NCBI GenBank assembly: GCA_043228905.1
Contig: JBHGNT010000765.1
Location: forward strand, 1 to 16,018
Direction of reading: 5' to 3'
DNA length: 16,018 nt
Source of the DNA: Azolla caroliniana
Lineage: Eukaryota > Plantae > Polypodiophyta
Shown: piece after piece, positions 9,321-16,018 of the stretch
How positions within the stretch are numbered: the stretch's first letter is position 1
How the letters are laid out: the number at the start of each line of letters is the position of its first letter
Notes under the pieces: generated by a model
What the model was told of the DNA's origin: nothing
Database searches by the model: none
Seen by the model: the letters and a program-made list of their open reading frames with translations, nothing else
Program-made: the position numbers and the translations under genes

Positions 9321-11882
9321 GCGTTTCGCACCAGATATGGGCACTTCGAGTATACGGTCATGCTGTTCGGCCTCACTAATGCGCCGACAGTCTTTCAGCA
9401 CATGGCTAATGATATATTCCGAGATCTATTGGATGATTGTTTGATCATCTATTTGGATGATCTACTGGTTTATTCAAAGACCCAAGAAGAACATGATTCT
9501 CATGTACTATTAGTACTAAAACGACTTCGAGAACATGGTCTGTATGCAAAGCTGGAAAAATGTAGTTTCGGGTGCAACCAAGTGGAATTTCTCGGGTACA
9601 TCATTTCGTCAGAAGGCATCTCCATGGACCCAGCTAAAGTCAAAACGGTGGTAGAATGGCAGACTCCGCGTTCGGTGCAGGATGTGCAATGCTTCCTAGG
9701 CTTTGCCAATTTTTATCGGAAGTTCATACAAGATTACTCAAAGATCGTTCTACCTCTCACACAACTTACCAGGAAGGGACAACCGTTCATCTGGTCTGAA
9801 GAAACGGACATGGCTTTCGAGAGTCTTAAAAAGGCATTTACATCGGCTCCAATTCTAGCTCATGTCGATCTGGAAAAACCATTCATTATCGAAGCTGACG
9901 CATCGGATTTCGCATTGGGGAGCATTATGTCACAACAGGGGAATGATGAGAAGCTACATCCTGTGGCTTTTCACTCACGCAAGTTTGACGCCGCCGAAAT
10001 CAACTACGAAATTCATGATAAGGAGCTATTGGCAATAGTGGATTCTTTTATGCAATGGAGGCATTTTCTAGAGGGATCCTCTCATCCGGTCACTGTATTT
10101 AGTGACCACAAGAACCTTGCCTACTTTCAGGATGCTCGTGTGTTGAATCGACGTCAAGCTCGGTGGGCCCACTTCCTCACGTGTTTCGACTTCAAAATTA
10201 CATATCGTCCGGGGAAGCACCAAGGGAAGGCAGATGCATTATCATGGCGTTCGTATCTAGCACCCCGTCCCAGTGAGCCAGCTTTCGATAACCAAAAACA
10301 AGTCATCTTGGGACCGGCACGACTACAAGCAACACAGATCTTTGACATGCCCATGGATTCCCGCGTTATCGATACCATACGCGAAGACTTGAAGACAGAT
10401 GCGTTCGCCCAAGCTATACTAGCACAAATTGATCCCTCTCGAGCGACGTGTTCACAGTCACAACCACCAGGTACGGACTATCGACAATTCAAATACCATG
10501 ATGGATTACTCTTCTTTAAAGAACTTTTGTATGTTCCTAATGGTTCTTGCCGCCTTCAAGTAGTACAAAACTGTCATGACACATACACAGCTGGGCATTT
10601 TGGTAGTACTAAAAAATTACATTTAGTACAACGATCATTCTGGTGGCCCTGTATGCGACAATTTGTCGAGGATTTTGTTTGGACTTATGATACATGGTGC
10701 AGAGCGAAAATGCCAAGGCATGATCCATATGGTTTATTAGAACCATTACCAATTCCAAGCAAGCCGTGGCAATCTATTGCTCTAGACTTCATCACAGATC
10801 TTCTAGTCTCTAAGGGGTTCAATGCGATTCTAACGGTGGTCGATCGATATACGAAGATGGCTCATTTCTTGCCATGTACTAAGGAGATCTCCCGTGAAGA
10901 CACTGCTGAAATTGTCATGCGTGAAGTATGTCAGCATCATGGACTTCCCGATAGTATCATCAACGACCGTGGACCCCAGTTCGTGTCAAAATTCTGGAAG
11001 CACCTTTTTAACATGCTCAAGGTCACTTGTAACCTCTCCTTCGGCCACCACCCCCAAACCGATGGCCAAGCCGAACGAACCAATCAAACGCTGGAGTAGT
11101 ATCTGCGGTGCTTTCTCAGCTATCATCAGGATGACTAGGCAGATATTCTCCACTTCGCCGAATTTGCCTATAACAACTCTATCCATGCATCCAATAAAGT
11201 TACGCCATTTTATGCTTATACGGGATGTCACCCCCGGTGGTGTGTACTTGAAACCCCAGAGGTGTCCACAAATCCTTGCGCAGAAGATCGTTTGGAGAGG
11301 TTACGCAAGATACAAGCGGATGTATCTACTCACCTCCAACAAGCTCAACAAACACACAAGGTTTATGCAGATCGTCATCGACTCCCATCTAGTTTTAACA
11401 TTGGAGATCGGGTATGGTTACTCCGACGACACATCAAGACCACTCGCCCATGCGAGAAGTTGGATTATCGGCGATTAGGTCCTTTCCGTATTATAGGAAA
11501 GATTAATGATGGCGCTTTTCGTCTTGATCTACCTCCACAACTTCGGATACATCCGGTGTTTCATAGTTCTCTCCTCGAACCCTATCAAGAGAGCACCATC
11601 CTAGGACGTATTACACAGCCTCCACCCCCGATCAAGCTTGAAGATGGACCTGAGTACGAGGTTGCCGCCATCCTTGATTCCAAGCTTGTTCGCAACAAGC
11701 TCTACTATCTAGTCGATCGGCTAGGATATAGTCTCAGCGAGCGTACTTGAGAACCGATAGAGAATGTCACCAATGCTCGTGCTCTTCTTGAAGACTTCCA
11801 TCGTCAATATCCAGACAAACCGGGTCCTCAATCCAAAACGACTCGTTACACTCGTCGTTTTAAAAGGGGGATGGTATCATGA
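9321..11882 (+). pseudogene. pol: pol of element C (RT, RNase H, integrase, chromodomain) with three in-frame stops
   Basis: One frame covers ORFs 9360..11099 and 11262..11750. Motifs YLDD, EADASD, DKELLAI, SDHKNL, HDTYTAGHFG, LDFIT, NDRGPQF, DGQAER, LGPF and chromodomain EYEVAAILDSK...YYLVD..GY...RT*EP. Stops at 11097, 11136 and 11748. Confidence 0.9.
11862..11874 (+). promoter_or_regulatory. Polypurine tract of element C
   Basis: AAAAGGGGGATGG after the chromodomain, directly before TATCA (presumed decayed TGTCA). Confidence 0.75.
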
Positions 11883-12000
11883 TATGGCAAGACTCGAACC
11901 CATGACCTTATGCTACATGGGTCGAGCTCTTGACCATTAGACTATACATTGTAATACGTAGAATATTATTTTCATTTATGTTTTATTATAGAAAATTGAT

Positions 12001-12065
12001 GTATATTCCAGATTTCTCTGGAACATTCTAGAAACTTCAGGAGTATTCCTTAGAACACTATAAAA
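12001..12065 (+). promoter_or_regulatory. Heat-shock-element array plus TATA box in LTR C
   Basis: GAAcaTTCtaGAAacTTC at 12021-12038 gives four perfect alternating nGAAn units, within ten phased units at 12001-12048; TATAAAA follows at 12059. Confidence 0.7.
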
Positions 12066-12170
12066 GGAGGCACAAGGCATTATTTCGAACCAAATCGGTT
12101 CAACGCCAGTCTTAAGCCTCCTAGCTACTGTACATTTTCTTCACATAATATATATCTTTTCCTATCATCA

Positions 12171-12188
12171 CTCTCTCTCTCTCTCTCT
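12171..12188 (+). repeat. (CT)9 microsatellite in LTR C
   Basis: Read directly; lies in a longer pyrimidine-rich tract and is followed by three TTAGTACT copies (about 12238-12287). Confidence 0.9.
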
Positions 12189-12296
12189 CCCTCCCTCTCA
12201 CTCACTCTTTCCTTCTCTCGAGAGTTCTTCACCTCTCTTAGTACTAATACTTCTTTTAGTACTAATTCCTTCTCTGTCTTAGTACTGTTCCTGACA

Positions 12297-13606
12297 CCGT
12301 AAGTGATCACACCTACACGACGCACTTGGCCGATGGAAGAGTACAATACATCAACGGGGCGATTAATTCATTAGGAATTTCTATTGATACTTATATAGAG
12401 GAAGTAGACTTCCATGTAATGAATCTTTGTACCACCGATGTAATACTGGGTTATCCTTGGTTTTATAATACAAACTCTTCTTTATTTATTGATTGGGTTC
12501 GCCATTCCATTTCTTTTGTACTGAACGATTGTACGCATTTTATTAAATGTGTAAAAAAACAATCCCTCTCGATTGTTTCCTCGTGTCCATCAATATCCGA
12601 GTTGTCTTGTTCTACGTTATTTTATTGTGTACTTGATCCGGACATTCACGTTTACAATATCGATAATGTCTCGGTTCAATTAACATATTTTGAACAACAA
12701 CAACTTGATGAAATCTTAAATGATTTTCATGATGTTTTTCCAAGTGAACTACCTGATGGGTTACCTCCTAAACGTAATATAGACCATCGTATAGATATTG
12801 TACCTGGTGTTGCACCAATAAGTATACCTCCGTATCGCTTAAGTCGATTCGAAGAAGATGAGGTATCTAAGCAACTCAAGGACTATTTACGAATGGGTTA
12901 TATATGTTATAGTAAATCTCCATGGGGTGCACCAGTTCTCTTGGTTAAAAAGAAAGAGGGCACATGGCGTATGTGTATTAATTACCGATGCTTGAATAAA
13001 GTGACGATCAAGAATTCGTATCCATTGCCCCGGGCTGACGATCTAATTGACCGTCTCCAGGGAGCTCGGTATTTTACGAAACTTGATCTCCGTACTGGCT
13101 ACCATCAAATACGAATAAGTGAGGACGATGTTCCTAAAACGGCATTTCGTACGCGCTATGGCCATTACGAGTTTTTGGTTATGCCTTTTGGTTTGACCAA
13201 TGCTCCGGCTACTTTTCAACAAGAAATGAATGACATTTTTCGAGAACAACTTGGAAAATTTGTCGTTATTTTCTTGGATGATATTTTAGTTTATAGCCGT
13301 ACATTACAAGAACATGCTAAACATGTCCGCTTTGTTTTACAAACATTGCGTGACAAACAATTTTATGCGAAGATCTCAAAATGTGAGTTCTAAAAGAAAT
13401 CAATTACTTATCTTGGACATCTCATAACCGAACGAGGAGTTGAAATTGATCCTTCTCGCATTGAGAAAATCAAGCTTTGGCCCACTCTTCGGAATATTCG
13501 AGAAGTTCGATCATTCCTTGGTTTTGTCGGGTTTTTGCGAAAGTCTCTTCGTAATTACTCCCAATTGACGACGCCATTTACTGATCTTTTAAAAGGTCAA
13601 ACACGT
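12297..13606 (+). pseudogene. pol: Element D: internal fragment of a Ty3/Gypsy pol (protease C-terminus and RT), chromovirus-like, cut by C on the left and E on the right
   Basis: LADG...DVILGYPW (protease end), [42 protein letters not shown]; TAA at 13391-13393, after which the frame continues (TYLGHLI...VRSFLG...TDLLKGQTR) to the E LTR. Confidence 0.9.
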
Positions 13607-14388
13607 TGTCGTGCCTTTCGGCTCCGGATCGTTGCGTGAGTCGGGTGGGAACCACAGAGGTCTTGGACTAGGAGAAAGAAGTTCGTGAGATAGAGATTAA
13701 TTATGAGTAAATAGCAAAGAGAAAGATAAGAAACTCGTGAATCACACGAGTATACTATATTAATTGGTACTTAGGGTGTTAAGAGAGAAGTAGATGTATA
13801 AATCGTGAATCCCACGAATAAATTTTGTATTGATTAATTCTTAATCCAAATAATCAACAACCCTTTACATATTTCTCTCCTCCTTATATAAGGAAGGAAG
13901 AGCTAAGCATGGCTTCATGCTTTTTTTTTTTTTACAAAAAGTGTTCATGTCCACTAAATGTGCATGTGATGCTTTTTTTATTTCCTAAGTATAGGGCTCA
14001 TGCACGCTAGATGTGCATGAGTTATTTTTTAGTGTCTCGTCTTTTTCATATATTAAAAAATACACGATTTACCTTTTAATAAAGGTATGCATAAATAAAG
14101 GTCTTATACATATTAAATCTATATTTAAAGCACTTAAGATAAGTTAATGTAATGTTAAGGTTGGGGTTTGTCAACGTGGAGGTGCAGAGTTCAAATCACG
14201 CCCTGCGCAGTAGTGAGTATTTCCTTTCTTTTTACATTTATGTCTCTTTATCCGGCTCTTCCTTGCCGGTATGCCGTTTTCCTCCTTGCCGGTATGCCGT
14301 TTTCTTCCGGTTCCCACCGAGCACTCCATTCTCTATCCGGAGGGACAAAAATATAATTTCCACATAGTGTGCAACCTACACTACGACA
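13607..14388 (-). repeat. 3' LTR of element E (782 bp, AT-rich)
   Basis: 6-bp terminal inverted repeat TGTCGT...ACGACA; follows the PPT on the minus strand; TATA lies within the palindrome TCCTTATATAAGGA (13881-13894); the D reading frame stops at its edge. Confidence 0.87.
14260..14305. repeat. Tandem direct repeat, 2 x 23 bp, in U3 of LTR E
   Basis: TCCTTGCCGGTATGCCGTTTTCC followed by TCCTTGCCGGTATGCCGTTTTCT (22/23 identical). Confidence 0.9.
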
Positions 14389-16016
14389 CTCGCCCCCTCC
14401 AAACCCGCACATCCTCCGGTATGTGCCGAAGTTCTTGATTCTTCGTATCCGTCTTCATCCGAAGCTTCCTCCGATTCTCCCCTTATGTCGACTATGAGTT
14501 GTAATCCACTTTCTTCGCTTCCCGCATCATTGTGGTCTTCGTCCGATTGCTCCTCGTTGTCGGCCTCGACTTGGATCACATAAGGTTTGTCGTCGGTCCG
14601 CTTCTTGAAAATCTTCACCCGCTTCCCGGCTATAGGCACTCGTAGTATTGTTCCATCCAACTCGGACAGTCGGTACGTCCCGTTGTCGAAGACCTTCCGA
14701 ACCTCGTACGGCCCGAACCACCTTTTCGCGAATTTCCGCATCGTTGTATGTTGATGGTCCAAGCTACTATCATAGACGATCACCCAATCTCCTTCTTCAA
14801 TCCTCCTCGGTCGTAGTCGGTGCTTTGTGTCGAACCGGCTTTTGTTCCGGAACCGTGCTTCTTGTTGTCGGCGTGACGCTTCCGCTACATCTTTCGGTCT
14901 TCCCTCCAGTTGTCGTATCCGGACTGCTAGTAGTTCTTCTCGGCTCATCTCTTCCTTCCACGGTAGTATTGTCCATGTCGCGATTGCGGTTTCCGTTGGC
15001 ATTACCGGTGCTTGTCCGGTCATGAGTTCTGCCGGCATGTAACCGGTCACGGAGCTATGCGTCGTCTGATCCGCCCATAGTGCATACGGAAGCATTTGTG
15101 GCCAATCCTTCACCCTTCCGTCGCATGCCTTCGCAAGTGCTTTCACGATCGGACTATGTCCTCGTTCGATCTTCCCGTTGGCCTCCGGATTGTAGGCCGT
15201 TGTCAACGTTAACCGAACTCCATGTTTGGCGAAGAATCCCCTAGCTTTGTCCGAGTCGAGTTCTCCCCGGTCCGCAATCACTTGTCCTACGCAGCCGTAC
15301 CTACAAAACACTTCTTCCAAAAGAAATTGGCACACCGTGGCACACGTTTTCCTCCGAAGCGCTCGACCTTCAACTTGGTTTGTGAGATCTTCTCGAGCTA
15401 ACACCAAGTATTTCTTTTGTCCAATCCCGGTCGACATAGCTACAATGTCGACCATCCACTTGAAGTTGATTGTCGGTGAGAATGTCGGATGCAGCTCATC
15501 TCGGTGTCGGACCCCGGAGTAGACTTGACATTTCTCGCAGCTTTCTGTGAACTCCGCGACATCTTTATACATGTTCTTCCACCAATATCTTTGCTTGATT
15601 TTCACAAAAGTTGCCCATGTTCCTCGATGTCCAGCCCAATCGGATTCGTGGAACTCGGACATTATCCGGTTTCGTTGCTCTTTCGTCCCGACTACTCGAA
15701 GTGGTATCCCATCCGGTCTTTTTGGCGTCCTCCATATTAAACCGTTTTCCAAGAAGAACTTTTGGACTTGCCTCTTCTTCCTTCGGATCTCGGCTCTCCT
15801 TTCTTTATCATTGGTTGAATCCTCGACCTCTTGTAGCATCTTCCCGATCATCAAGGTTTCCCCCTCGTATTCTTCTTCCCGGAATTCTCGGATCACGTTC
15901 ACTCGGCATATGTGTTCTGACGTGAAGTAGTCTTCGGAAACTTCTTCATTATCTGATTCGGTTATGTTGTCTTCAAACCGCGCCCTCGATAACATGTCCG
16001 CTACCGCGTTGTCCTT
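14376..16016 (-). CDS. pol: Pol C-terminal part of element E (end of RNase H, linker, integrase), 5'-partial
   Basis: Frame is open to the window edge (KDNAVADMLSR); HHCC, D-D-E and WFGPY motifs; acidic tail; the stop lies inside the LTR. Confidence 0.9.
   Translation of the reverse strand, partial: KDNAVADMLSRARFEDNITESDNEEVSEDYFTSEHICRVNVIREFREEEYEGETLMIGKMLQEVEDSTNDKERRAEIRRKKRQVQKFFLENGLIWRTPKRPDGIPLRVVGTKEQRNRIMSEFHESDWAGHRGTWATFVKIKQRYWWKNMYKDVAEFTESCEKCQVYSGVRHRDELHPTFSPTINFKWMVDIVAMSTGIGQKKYLVLAREDLTNQVEGRALRRKTCATVCQFLLEEVFCRYGCVGQVIADRGELDSDKARGFFAKHGVRLTLTTAYNPEANGKIERGHSPIVKALAKACDGRVKDWPQMLPYALWADQTTHSSVTGYMPAELMTGQAPVMPTETAIATWTILPWKEEMSREELLAVRIRQLEGRPKDVAEASRRQQEARFRNKSRFDTKHRLRPRRIEEGDWVIVYDSSLDHQHTTMRKFAKRWFGPYEVRKVFDNGTYRLSELDGTILRVPIAGKRVKIFKKRTDDKPYVIQVEADNEEQSDEDHNDAGSEESGLQLIVDIRGESEEASDEDGYEESRTSAHTGGCAGLEGASVVV
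14389..14400 (-). promoter_or_regulatory. Polypurine tract of element E
   Basis: Minus strand reads GGAGGGGGCGAG directly before TGTCGTAG. Confidence 0.8.
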
Positions 16017-16018
16017 CC

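Larger units (their letters stand above)
9319..12296 (+). mobile_element. Element C: chromovirus (Ty3/Gypsy, Tcn1-like), 3' part, interrupted in RT by B
   Basis: RT resumes mid-domain ([11 protein letters not shown]) right after the B LTR; RNase H, integrase, chromodomain, PPT and LTR follow. Tcn1 assignment is by motif resemblance. Confidence 0.88.
11875..12296 (+). repeat. 3' LTR of element C (about 422 bp)
   Basis: T(A)TCA start after the PPT; TGACA end at 12292-12296, where coding sequence of element D begins abruptly; TATAAAA at 12059-12065. The partner LTR is not in the window. Confidence 0.78.
13607..16018 (-). mobile_element. Element E: inverted Ty3/Gypsy LTR retrotransposon, distant relative of A/B; 3' part
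   Basis: Minus-strand integrase ORF homologous to A (WAGHRGTWATF, LAREDLTNQVEGRAL, YNPEANGKIERGH), followed by a PPT and an LTR. Confidence 0.92.

Noticed and set aside
11875-11951. Functional tRNA gene
   Set aside because: Acceptor and anticodon stems do not pair and the T stem is degenerate; kept only as a tRNA-like promoter finding.
14150-14210. B-box-like GAGTTCAAATC in U3 of LTR E, antisense to the element
   Set aside because: There is no convincing A box at the proper spacing. It parallels the LTR C module but is too weak to call.
12238-14305. CRISPR-like or satellite arrays (TTAGTACT x3, 23-bp repeat x2)
   Set aside because: There are too few copies and no repeat-spacer periodicity; these are ordinary LTR sub-repeats in a eukaryotic context.

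Overview
The window has no cellular genes. It is a stack of five nested Ty3/Gypsy LTR retrotransposons, most likely from a non-seed land plant such as a moss (inferred from a plant tRNA-Trp primer site, a Tcn1-like chromovirus and CG/CHG-type decay). Element A (1-3819, +) has an open RT-RNaseH-integrase frame and a 797-bp 3' LTR. It sits inside the 5' LTR of the related element B (3820-9318, +). B has a tRNA-Trp PBS, a gag-protease ORF and a candidate -1 frameshift, and its pol is disabled by a 158-bp duplication and a 1203-bp deletion. B sits in the RT of chromovirus C (9319-12296, +), which sits in the protease region of element D (12297-13606, +). D is also interrupted by an inverted element E (13607-16018, -), a distant relative of A and B. 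Four observations stand out. All four insertion junctions read N-CG-N directly after the LTR-terminal CA, suggesting CpG-centred targeting. The LTR of C carries an antisense tRNA-like A-box/B-box module and a phased heat-shock-element array next to its TATA box. A hairpin with a compensatory change is conserved just before the PPT of A, B and E. A GGATTTT slippery site plus stem-loop lies between protease and RT in B. All family assignments come from motif recognition by eye; no database search was run.
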